A DNA stretch of 41,226 nt, taken from Octopus sinensis (taxonomy: Eukaryota). Below are positions 10,275-20,239 of this stretch, one piece after another. The position numbers and the translations under genes are program-made. Numbering within the stretch: position 1 is the stretch's first letter; the number at the start of each line of letters is the position of its first letter. Below the pieces are notes generated by a model that searched no databases, had not been told where the DNA came from, and worked only from the letters and a program-made list of their open reading frames with translations. The stretch spans positions 1 through 41,226 of the forward strand of contig NW_021835247.1 in assembly GCF_006345805.1 (NCBI RefSeq), read 5' to 3'.

Positions 10275-10742
10275 TTATTTCTTTACTACCCACAAGGGGC
10301 TAAACATAGAGAGGACAAACAAGGACAGACAAACGGATTAAGTCGATTACATCAATCCCAGTGCGTAACTGGTACTTATTTAATCGACCCCGAAAAGGTG
10401 AAAGGCAAAGTTGACTCGGCGGAATTTGAACTCAGATCACAACGAAAGACGAAATACCTATTTCTTTACTACCCATAAGGGGCCAAACACTGAGGGGACA
10501 AACAAGGACAGACAAACGGATTAAGTTTTTACTACCCACAAGGGGCTAAACATAAAGGGGACAAACAAAGGGATTAAGTTGATTACATCGACTCCAGTGC
10601 GTAACTGGTACTTATTTAATCGACTCCGAAAGGATGAAAGGCAAAGTCGACCTCAGCGGAATTTGAACTCAAAACGTAACGGCAGACGAAATACCACTAA
10701 GCATTTCACCCGGCTTGCTAACGTTTCTGCCAGCTCGCCGCC
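10275..10742 (-). mobile_element. SINE-B trimer with internal deletions
   Basis: Three tail motifs (tttactaccca) and two tttcatcc-type cores, ending in the head (ctgccagctcgccgcc). Confidence 0.9.
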
Positions 10743-10808
10743 TAAACATATATTGTTTAGTGTTGACTGTCAGAAAAAAAAAAAAAAAAAGAATACTCAA
10801 TCCATTGG

Positions 10809-10866
10809 CACTGGAGTGGCTGTGTGGTAAGTAGCTTGCTTACCAACCACATGGTTCCGGGTTCAG
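10809..10866 (+). mobile_element. SINE-A tRNA-like head only
   Basis: ggagtggctgtgtggtaagtagcttgcttaccaaccacatggttccgggttcag. Confidence 0.85.
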
Positions 10867-11289
10867 AGGATAACATTTCTTTCAAAATAAATTTTTTTTA
10901 ATTAAATTCCCCTCCTTCCAAAACCAAAAGGGGCAAGTCTCTACGGTCTGAATTCCACAAATTAATTGAGAAAAGCTCGTTAACTTCTCACTTCCTACAT
11001 CTTTCATATTTTTGTTCGTTAATGAACTAAGCCCATTCTGGAGCAGTGCCTTGACGAGCTCAATCGAGCAAACTGACTCCAGTACTTCTTTTCCTTTTCT
11101 TTTCTTTTCTTTTCTTTTTTTTTTAAAAAAAAAGCCTGGTTCTATTTCTATTGATCTCCGTTGCCAAACCACTAGGTCACAGGGATATAAATCAACACTG
11201 GTTGTCAAGCAGCGTGAGAAGACAAACAAATATACACACACATGCATATACATGTCTTTCATTTATATATATATGTATGTATATATATA

Positions 11290-11405
11290 ACGGGAAGGTT
11301 TAGGAAAATAAACAAAAGACGAAGGCAGGTGGAGTACAAACAAACAATTGTATTAGTATGGCGCTCAGGAATATAAATAAAACAAGTCTTTTACGTTTCG
11401 AGCCT
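11290..11405 (-). mobile_element. Penelope-like terminal repeat fragment with the 3' half of a hammerhead-like motif
   Basis: Minus strand GGCTC-GAAA-CGTA-AAAGAC; related to 12590-12830 and 18770-18960. Confidence 0.55.
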
Positions 11406-11437
<32 letters not shown>

Positions 11438-11999
11438 GTGTGTGTGTGTGTGACAAATGAGGTTTAGTAAAATTAAGCATTAGACATGTTCTATGGACAG
11501 AAAAGTGTCTTAGGGCATGCAGGTGCCTTGCAAACCTTTTGGTAAACAGAACAGGTTGAGGACTCAGTGTCCCTGAGTGCTTGTGGATCATTTAGTACAT
11601 GTTTTCTTGAGGGGACAACAAGGCCTGCTTTGCTTCGTGTGTGTGTCTGTGTGTGGGTTTGGCCTCCACCACTGCTTGACAACCAATGTTGGTGTCTTTA
11701 CACCTTGTAACTTGGTGGCTCAGCAAAAGAGTCTGATGGTATACATACCAGGCTTTAGAAATATATAATCAATTTAAATAAATGAGCAATAAAATCAACA
11801 ATTACAGTGACAAACGAAAAATACACTGACGATAGATGTTCTTGACATACAACGGCAGTAATTTTGTTCAGCTGAATACACGTCATTGATTGGTTGAAAT
11901 TACTGAAATACGACAACTTTAATGTGAAATAACTTCCTAAATATAAGTCTTTCTCAAAAATGCTAAGAGTAAAAGAAGTTTTATATGACGTGTGCAAGG

Positions 12000-12125
12000 A
12001 ATGTACTTGTCTGACGTTCAGTTGAAAGAAAGAGTTTTTGACGTTTTGAGCATAGCTCTCTGTCGGAAAGGAGAAAGGGTAAAGTCCAAAGAAGGAAAAG
12101 GAATCGCCAACAGCACGTACAACAT
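12000..12125 (-). mobile_element. Penelope-like terminal repeat fragment, decayed
   Basis: Minus strand ctttccgacaga-GAGC-tat-GCTC-aaaacgtc; shares aatcgccaaca with the 18770 copy. Confidence 0.45.
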
Positions 12126-12275
12126 GCTTCTTTCAATTTCCATCAATCAAGTCCACTCATAAGGCTTTGATTGGTCTGAGACTAAAGACACTTGCCCAAG
12201 GTGCCACACAGTGGGACTGAACCCAAAACCATGTGGTTGAGAAGCAAACTTCTTACCACACAGCCATGCCTATAC
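12125..12275 (-). mobile_element. SINE-A head
   Basis: gacacttgcccaaggtgccacacagtgggactgaaccc...cttaccacacagcca. Confidence 0.8.
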
Positions 12276-12379
12276 ACCCACACACACACAATGGACTCTC
12301 CCAGCAAAGACAATGATCAGTTTTTTTTTACTGAACACCCTGCACAAAGGATTTGTTTATAATGATCAAACATGCTATG

Positions 12380-12575
12380 CATTAGCGCACACCTGTCCAT
12401 CAAATCGATGTTGCTTGGACAGGTGCACGATGTATCACATGTCAGGTGTCAAGGTGAGCGTAGAAAAACAGGAGATGAAGTGATTTGCTCAAGAACAGAG
12501 CTCACTGCCCAGTCCAGGAATTGAAACCCTAATCTTGCCATGTTGTGTGCAACATCCTAACAACTAGGCCATGTG
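12380..12575 (-). mobile_element. SINE-E (tRNA head plus Meta/CORE-like box), diverged
   Basis: Related to 34880-35235; minus strand carries gttcttgagcaaatcacttc. Confidence 0.55.
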
Positions 12576-12589
12576 CCATATATATATAG

Positions 12590-12830
12590 TGAGAATTTGC
12601 AAAAAAAAAAAGACAAAGACGGGTGTGTAAACAACAAACAGATGTATTGGTTTAACACTCGGGAAGTGAGAAAGTCTTTTATGTTTTGAGCCTATGCTCT
12701 TCATCAGAAAGAAACACAGAAATAAACAGAGTGAGAAAATAAAAAAAGGCTTAGTGGCTAGCGATCTATCATGGTGAATGCCGGACAGAGGGATCACACA
12801 GGAGAGCGAGGAAGGGGAGATATATATATT
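12590..12830 (-). mobile_element. Penelope-like terminal repeat with minimal hammerhead-like motif
   Basis: Minus 12712-12675 reads TCTTT-CTGATGA-A-GAGC-atag-GCTC-AAAACATA-AAAGA. Confidence 0.6.
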
Positions 12831-12979
12831 AATGAATTTTGAGTGAGACATGTAGGCCGTCTCATTACATCCTTGTTTCAAATGAAGGCTGACTAATTAG
12901 AGAAAGTGACTTTGGTAATTTGAGTTATTTCTCATTAATTGTTTGTGAGAAACTGAGTCTGGATGGTTGCGGGTCATGC

Positions 12980-13530
12980 CTGAGTGCAGATCAGGAGAGC
13001 AAGTATATGAGTGCAGGTCTGAAGTATGAGTGTATAGCTGAGTGCAGTTCTGGAGAGAAGAGTGTATAGTTGAGTGCAGGTATGGAGAGAAGAGTGTATA
13101 GTTGAATGTAGCTCTGGAGAGTGAGTGTATATATAGCTGTGTGCGAGTCTGGAGAGTGAGTATATAAGAGAGTGCAGGTTTGGAGAGTGAGTGTATAAGA
13201 GAGTGTGGGTCTGGAGACTGAGTGTATAACAGAGTGCAGGTCTAGAGAGTGATTGTATGGCAGAGTGCAGGTCTGGAGAGTGAGTGTATAGTTGAGTGCA
13301 GCTCTGGAGAGTGAGTGCATAGCTGAGTGCAAGTCTAGAGTATGAGAAGGTCTGAGAACAGAGTGTGTGGTGTGTGAGTGCAGGATAGACTGTGAGTCTG
13401 GAGTACTGGGGTTACATAGTGTGTGTGTCTGGAGGGTGGATGTAGGGCTGAGTACAGGTCTGGAGAGTCAGTAACAACTGAACTTCAGTGTGATGAGTGA
13501 GTGCAGGTCTGAGTGTGAGCGTAGTCAGTG
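12980..13530. repeat. Degenerate ~30-bp minisatellite (gagtgcaggtctggagagtgagtgtata)
   Basis: Many imperfect copies visible. Confidence 0.85.
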
Positions 13531-14170
13531 AGTGTAAGACAATTATGGTGAGTGGAGGATTGTAAGTACATAAATGACTGTAAGATGTGTATTTGTGTAG
13601 ACAACTGTGTGTGTGCGTGCGTGTGTGTGTGTGTATAAGACTATATGTGTCTGATAGTGGTGGAGTGGATGTATGTGATAGTGGGGGGGGTGGATGTAGG
13701 TGGCGCTAAGAAAAAGAATAAGATAGGGAGAAAAAAAAACGAAACAAAAAAAGAAATCACCCATCGTTAAAAGTCTACACAAAATTACACTTCTTCTAAT
13801 TAGTACTTTTTGATAATTCCAATATTTCTGATAATTGGAAACTATTTTTGTAGGTCAGTAACATAATGAAAAAAGAAAAAAAAAAAGAGCAAAGAAAAGG
13901 AAGAAAAGGAGAGAAAAGAAAGAAGACACCTGAAATCATCAGGTGAGGTTAATAGTCCATTTGTAATTACCTGATTGAATAGTAAAGACTAAATACTAGT
14001 GTGTGTCTGTGATAACATGTCAGACAATGGAGTGACAGAAACGGTAAAGTGCCTTCTCCTATCTGCTGATTGTTGTTGTTGTTATTTAGCACCAGGTCGC
14101 CTTTGATCTGGTTGGCCTATGACCAAAGGCTTCCCAGATATGCGACAACTATCCAGTTTTCGGTTTGTTT

Positions 14171-14315
14171 GTGACTGTGCGGTAAGAAGCTTGCTTCCCA
14201 ACCATGAGGTCCTAGGTTCTGATCCACTGCATGGTACCTTGGGCAAGTGTCTTCTGCTATAGTTTCGGGCCGACCAAAGCCTTGTGAGTGGATTTGGTAG
14301 ACAGAAACTGAAAGA
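14171..14315 (+). mobile_element. SINE-A 5' half
   Basis: ggtaagaagcttgcttcccaacc...cttgggcaagtgtcttctgctatag...ggaaactgaaaga. Confidence 0.8.
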
Positions 14316-14317
14316 GG

Positions 14318-14535
14318 TCATCATCATCGTTTAACATCTGCTTTCCATGCTGGCATGGGTTGGACAATTTGACTGAGGCGAACCAGATGGCTGCACCAGG
14401 CTCCAATCTTGATCTGGCAGAGTTTCTACAGCTGGATGCCCTTCCTAATGCTAACCATTCCGAGAGCTAACCATTCCGAGCGCTTTTACATGCCACCGGC
14501 ATGAGGGCCAGTCAGGTGGTACTGGCAACTGCCAC
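14318..14535 (-). mobile_element. Family C 3' end
   Basis: atcatcatcgtttaacatctgctttccatgctggcatggg...ggatgcccttccta. Confidence 0.8.
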
Positions 14536-14744
14536 AAAAAAAATCTTTTTTATTTTGAAGTGAAAAAGATTAAAAAATCTCGGCAGATATCTATATCAGG
14601 GTTAAATAAATTTGGTTAATTATATTCAACAATTAGACACCAATAAGTAAAAGAAATATCCCAGGTAATACTTCATGTATGACAAGTAAATCCAGATTTC
14701 ATTTAGAATACACACACTCACACACGCACAAGGGATACTGTAGT

Positions 14745-14927
14745 GTTCCTGGCTTTAAGGGTGTCATGAAAGGCCTGGTTGGAGGCCGAACCATCTGAGT
14801 TCTTTTACAGGGCTTAGGAAAACTGAAAGACTGCTGCAATAAGCATGTGAATCTGAGAGGGGAATATGTTGAGTAAAATCATAATTAACTGACCCTCCTG
14901 TAATTTCTCTTATGCAAAGCCAGGAAC
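14745..14927 (+). mobile_element. Internally deleted mariner (MITE-like)
   Basis: Perfect 12-bp IR gttcctggcttt/aaagccaggaac; the interior encodes GKLKDCCNKHVNLRGEYVE*, resembling a mariner transposase C-terminus. Confidence 0.65.
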
Positions 14928-15039
14928 TTTTCATCTGTCTTTATGCTCCAAGTTCAAATTCCACTGAGGTCAACTTTGCTTTTCATCCTTTCGGAGCATG
15001 CTAATGATTCTGCCAGTTCACTGGCATAATAATAATAAT

Positions 15040-15255
15040 GCTTTCTATTACAGGCACAAGGCCTGAAATTTGGTGGAAGGAGACAAGTCGATTACATCGA
15101 CCCCAGTGCATAACTGGTACTAATTTTATTGATCCCGGTAAGGATGAAAGGCAAAGTCAACCTCGGCAGAATTTGAACTCAGAACATGAAAACGGATGAA
15201 ATACCGCTAAGCATTTCACCCGGCATGCTAATGATCCTGCCAGCTCGCTGCCTTA
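15040..15255 (-). mobile_element. SINE-B variant, full length
   Basis: Tail aggcacaaggcctgaaattt through head ctgccagctcgctgcctt. Confidence 0.85.
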
Positions 15256-15277
15256 AATAATAATAATAATAGTAATA

Positions 15278-15627
15278 GTAAGGAGCACTCAGAGAGCGCA
15301 AACCTCTGCCAAGGCAACACCAATGTCCTCTCAACAATTAGCCAGAGATGGTTTTTAAAATGAGAATATCTGAAATAAACTTGACTACTCTCGCAAACAA
15401 CTGCTCTCAAAAATTAAGTAAAAAAAAACAGGAAAAATAATCCAGAATCCTTGTCCGGTACCAGATCAATCCCAAAATCTAATTAGGTCATGCCAGTCAT
15501 GAGGCCGAACATCCCTGAAAGTTTCATCTGAATCCATCCTGCAGTTCTTGAGATATCTTGTCCACGGACAAACAAACAAATACAACTAAAAACAATACCT
15601 CTGCCTACGCTAAGGCGGAGGTAATAA
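15278..15627 (-). mobile_element. Helentron-associated (HINE/DINE-1-like) non-autonomous element
   Basis: Minus strand: terminal stem attacctccgcct-tagcgt-aggcagaggt, then a (gttt/gtcc) tract, a subterminal ggcagaggt repeat and a 3' hairpin gcgctctctgagtgc. Confidence 0.55.
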
Positions 15628-15969
15628 AAGAACGTATTATTAAAACAGAAATGAATGAAAGCAAAAAGCCATATGAAAGCTCAAAATATTACACACATGA
15701 CAAGATAAATGTACCACCCGGGTCACAACCTATCCAAAGTACTCTCAGTTCAACAGCACAACTCAAATAAACATGCTCTTTGTACTCAATATATGCCATA
15801 TACAATATGGGTTGGCAACAGGTGGGCCACCAAGGAGTGTTCTACGGCACAGCAGTATTTTCTACGAATATTTCAAATTTGATGTATTCATGGTCCACCG
15901 AGCAGTCGATGGCTTTTAAGTAGATTTGTATGTCACTATTTTTGTCTAATTTTTGCTTACGTAAGCGTT

Positions 15970-16391
15970 GGCGGTGAGAGAAATGGGGTGGAACGCACAG
16001 GGAGATTTTTATATGTAAGACATGATACAGGGAGATTTTTATATGTAAGACATGATACAGGGAGATTTTTATATGTAAGACATGATACAGGGAGATTTTT
16101 ATATGTAAGACATGATACAGGGAGATTTTTGTATGTAAGACATGATACAGGGAGATTTTTATATGTAAGATAATGAAGCCCCTAGCCTCCACCTGGCTGT
16201 GGGGGCTAGAGGCTTCATTGAAAGAAAAATGACGACATTATTCAAAAGAAGATTTGTTTTTTTCTAGCTCGGAGATGAGAAAACTAATAAGGAGAGTAAA
16301 GGAGGTGGTCGAAAAAGCCAGCTTCTATATATGGCTGAAGAGGGAAGACCAAAAATGGCTTGAAAGTCATAAACACGCCGACGGGAAATAA
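15970..16391 (+). mobile_element. HERO/NeSL-type (RLE) LINE ORF C-terminal remnant
   Basis: REMGWNA..LHLAVGARGFIERKMTTLF / SEMRKLIRRVKEVVEKASFYIWLKREDQKW matches the VGxRGF...AExxSxWLWLKR..W end of this clade; interrupted by an array and a frameshift. Confidence 0.65.
15997..16170. repeat. 30-bp minisatellite, ~5.8 copies
   Basis: acagggagatttttatatgtaagacatgat; one variant base at 16131. Confidence 0.95.
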
Positions 16392-16977
16392 CATCACTAG
16401 GTGAGACAAGCTGACACTGAATTAGCTTCACTGATTGACAGGTGATGGTATCGTTTAGAGAATGCATGGGCTAAGACTACTCGCCTTCATTGGCCAGTTA
16501 AAGTTGAGACAGTGTCATGTGACAACTTGCTGAGGCTGCTTGCTGGAGCCTAGCAGCAAGTATTTAAAGGGAAAAATTTGACAGGACAGTCAGTCACCCG
16601 CTGACACTCATTGACGCTACATCGAAGAGGCCAGGGAACAGAAGAAAGAAGACACGCACCCAACACCAGAGCTGAAGACACCTCCAAAAGGTGGGGCCTC
16701 CGCCATGTCAAAACAGTAGAGGAGTAGGGGCCAAAACCAGACATGGTTCTTCCTAATGATGACTTGAGCTAACTGGATGCTATAAAGGAGCTGTTGTGGT
16801 AGCAGACCACGAAACACGGTTGAAATTCCTACAGGAGGCCTGGCTCTCTGTTACCAGAGTAATCTGAACGTTTAAAAGTTAAAAAGTGCTAAGATCTATC
16901 ATTCGGAGCCGTCTTGAAGTGAGACTAAGGAAAAACAAGAATCACACAGAAACTCCAGCATGAAATCTTTGCATTCT

Positions 16978-17380
16978 CTCTTTTACTCTTTTACTTGTTT
17001 CAGTCATTTGACTGCGGCCATGCTGGAGCACCGCCTTTAATCGAGCAAATCGACCCCAGGACTTATTCTTTGTATAAGAGCCTAGTATTTATTCTATCGG
17101 TCTCTTTTGCCAAACCACTAAGTTACGGGGACGTAAACACACCAGCATCGGTTGTCAAGGGATGTTGGGGGGACAAACACAGACACACAAACACACACAC
17201 ATATATATATATATACGACAGGCTTCTTTCAGTTTCCGTCTACCAAATCCACTAACAAGGCTTTGGTCGGCCCAAGGCTATAGTAGAAGACAGTTGCCCA
17301 AAGTGCCACGCAGTGGGACTGAACCCGGAACCATGTGGTTGGTAAGCAAGCTACTTACACCACACAGCCATTCCTGCACC
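16978..17380 (-). mobile_element. SINE-A, full length
   Basis: Tail (ttttactc)n to head (cacacagccattcctgcacc), with internal (CA)/(TA). Confidence 0.9.
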
Positions 17381-17439
17381 TTAAAACCCTTTTGTAGAAA
17401 ACAACCAAAATTGAATCATTTCATTTTCTGACAGACAAG

Positions 17440-17800
17440 AATTTTAGCAGAGACTAAAGGCTAATGTTGATTATATCAACCATCCGGTATTTCAATGGTA
17501 CTTTGTTTTATCAATCCTAGGAGTTTGAAATTCAAAGTTCAACCAAGTACATTGTACTCAGGCTTCAAAGAACACAATGGCACTTCGCTTAATGATTCCA
17601 GCAAAATTGCTGTCTTAAAGGTTTCAAAACTTTGGTTACAAGGCTAGGAATTTAAGGGGGGAAAGGATTTAGTTAATCCCATCAGCTCCAGTACTTGGTT
17701 GGTAGTTTTATTTTTATCGACCCCAGTGGGATGAAAGGCGAAGTTGACTTCAACAGGATTTGAACTCAGAAAGTAAAAATGAAACAAAATATACCAAGGC
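17440..17800 (-). mobile_element. Old SINE-B-like fragments
   Basis: ttttatcgaccccagtgggatgaaaggcgaagttgacttcaacaggatttgaactcag. Confidence 0.6.
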
Positions 17801-17849
17801 ATGCTTTGTTACCCACTCTGTCCGGATTCTTCTATCTCCTGCAACCATC

Positions 17850-18050
17850 ATCATCATCAATATCATAATTTGAAATCTGCTTTCCAAGCTGGCATGGGTT
17901 GCATGGTTTGACAGGAGCTGGCAAACCTGGGAGCCATACCAGGAAAAATCCCTTTTTTGACTTTGTTTCTACAACTGAATGCCCTTCTTAATGCTTTTCA
18001 CATGGCACCAGCACCACTGCTTTTATGTGGCACCAACAGGGTCACCTAGT
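17850..18050 (-). mobile_element. Family C variant 3' end, diverged
   Basis: tgctttccaagctggcatgggttgcatggtttgacagg...gaatgcccttctta. Confidence 0.6.
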
Positions 18051-18059
18051 ACCTTGTAG

Positions 18060-18260
18060 GACAATAAAAAATTCTAATTCTTAGCACAGGGCCAGCAATT
18101 TTAAGGGAACGAGGAAGTCAATTATATTGACCCCAGTACTCAACTGGTACTTATTTTATCGACCCCAAAAGGAATTTTTGACTTCAGAATGTAAAGCTGC
18201 AAAAAAATACTGCTAAGCATTTTGTCTGATATGCTAACGATTCCGCTAGTGCACCAGCCA
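18060..18260 (-). mobile_element. SINE-B variant, diverged
   Basis: caactggtacttattttatcgaccccaaaagg...tgctaacgattccgc. Confidence 0.65.
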
Positions 18261-18289
18261 GCACCTGGCTAAAAATGACAATGTCTAAC

Positions 18290-18500
18290 CTAATTTGGGC
18301 ACAGAAACGGCTGCAAGCTAATGAAGGTCATTACATAATTTTGTTCCATAGGCATTTAAATGACAATACCCAGATAGAAAACGATGGTGAAACCCCTCCC
18401 CCAAACCACCTCTTACGACTCGTGTCATATGTCACAAAACTTGTAAGACAATATCTGGACTTAAAAGACATATGCTTAGTTCACAAAAACATTCTTTCGG
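18290..18500 (+). pseudogene. Decayed C2H2 zinc-finger coding fragment, probably an RTE-LINE C-terminus
   Basis: Correcting two small frameshifts in 18423-18487 gives CHICHKTCKTISGLKRHMLVHK (C-x2-C-x12-H-x3-H). Confidence 0.45.
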
Positions 18501-18660
18501 AATCAGATTCCAAAGGGCAAAGATGTAGAAAAAAACTTGTAAAATATATGTCACTTGTGTTTTAAACCCTGTCAGTCAGCAGCGGGTCTTAAAAGTCATC
18601 TGAGGGCTCATCAGCAGAGGGATTGTGATGTGTGATGGGGTGCAATGTGTGTGTTGGTGG

Positions 18661-18747
18661 AACACTCACAACGCCCGGTCTGGGAATCGAAACCGCGATC
18701 CTGCGACTGCGAGTCCGCTGCCCTAACCACTGGGCCATTGCGCCTCC
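18661..18747 (-). mobile_element. tRNA-derived SINE head (SINE-D related)
   Basis: GGCGCAATGGCCCAGTGGTTAGGGCAGCGGACTCGCAGTCGCAGGATCGCGGTTTCGATTCCCAGACC: A and B boxes present, no proper acceptor stem. Confidence 0.8.
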
Positions 18748-18769
18748 ACATATATATATAAATATATAT

Positions 18770-18960
18770 ATAGTTAATCCAAACATGAAAACACAACAAC
18801 GCAAGAACGTGGAACAAGTATAGTGTTATTGGACGCTCGGGAAAGGAAAGAAAGGAGGAGGATTTAACGCTTCGAGCGGAGCTCTTCGTCAGAAACATAG
18901 GAAAAGGAAAGGTCCAAGGAAGGGAAGACGGTGAAAGAAAATCGCCAACAATAAACATGT
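18770..18960 (-). mobile_element. Penelope-like terminal repeat with minimal hammerhead-like motif
   Basis: Minus 18897-18861 reads TGTTT-CTGACGA-A-GAGC-tcc-GCTC-GAAGCGTT-AAATC. Confidence 0.6.
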
Positions 18961-19157
18961 GGTCACATGTATATATATATATATATATATATACATGTGG
19001 TCACATGTATATATATGTATATATATACATGTGAGAAAAAATAAGTGTTCAAAAAGAACAATTCAAACGTTTTGAAGGATCCAAAAAGAGAGAAAAAAAT
19101 AAAAAATTCGTTATAGGTATGAAGAAGATACCATAAGCAAGTATAAAAATGGAGAAA

Positions 19158-19235
19158 ATATGTTAAAATCAAAATTGAATTTAATACGAAATTTAATTCA
19201 ATTCTGTATTAAATTCAATTTTGATTTTAACATAT
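19158..19235. repeat. Perfect 30-bp inverted repeat, 18-nt spacer
   Basis: 19158-19187 is the exact reverse complement of 19206-19235. Confidence 0.95.
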
Positions 19236-19309
19236 ATATAAACTTCTGTTTATATACGTTCATGTAATTTGTTTTTGTTTATTCTTATTTTGTTCATATG
19301 ATTACATCC

Positions 19310-19862
19310 ACTTATTATTATCATTATTATTATCATCATCATCATCATCATTATCATCATCATCATCATCATCATCATTATTATTATTACTATTACTATT
19401 ATTATTATTATTATTATTATTATCATTATTATCATTATTATTATTATTATTATTACATATGCTTGTATGTATGTATGTATAACAACAATACTAGTAGTAA
19501 TAATAATAATAATAATATAATAATAATAATTAAAAAATTGGAAACATAATAAAATATGTGTTTTTATTGGCTAAACTGGCAAAATGACCATTCCGAAATA
19601 AAACAATATCTGTTTCAACACACGACTTCACATAGAAAATCTTGCACAACAAACATGTCTATATGCATATATATATATAAATACATATATATATACATAC
19701 ATATATATATACAAACATATATATATACATACATATATACACACATATATATATACATACATACATATATATATACATACATATATATATACATATATAT
19801 ATACATACATATATATATACATATATATATATATATGCATGTAAGTATGCACACATACACAC
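19310..19862. repeat. (ATT/ATC)n and (TA/TACA)n microsatellites
   Basis: Directly visible at 19310-19535 and 19660-19862. Confidence 0.9.
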
Positions 19863-20210
19863 AGGTATAAGGACAAACTGAAGATTGACATCTCAACAAT
19901 CAACGTAGCTCGCAACACTTTTGAGCAAACAGCCTTGAGAAGAACAAAATGGAGGTCATCACCACCACGTCAAAATGGTGTAAGAAACCTCGCTTCAACT
20001 CGTGACCAACACAGGTTAAGGGGGTACGAGGCGAAGGAGAGAAACAGCTGCAAATATACTGTCTGCACTGACCCCGTAGTCCTTACTCGTACTGGCAACA
20101 TCTGCAGGCTTTTCTGCAAATTGTTGGCAGGCGCGAATGACACGTTTGACATAAGCATTGTGGTTGACGAAGAATGTGTCGGTTATTGGAGCTTCACATG
20201 TCAAAACTGA
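19863..20210 (+). mobile_element. RTE-clade LINE ORF C-terminal remnant
   Basis: [34 protein letters not shown]...ICRLFCKLLAG resembles the KRYKDxLK...WE..A.DR..WR...G + C-x-C..GL end of RTE/BovB proteins. Confidence 0.7.
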
Positions 20211-20239
20211 CAAGTGAGTCCATCATATATATATTTATG

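Noticed and set aside
15997-16170. 30-bp and 57-bp arrays as CRISPR-like repeats
   Set aside because: Units are contiguous with no unique spacers, there are no cas genes, and the context is eukaryotic.
18661-18747. tRNA genes here and at 745-806
   Set aside because: A and B boxes are present, but there is no closed acceptor stem and the sequence continues into SINE body; these are SINE heads.
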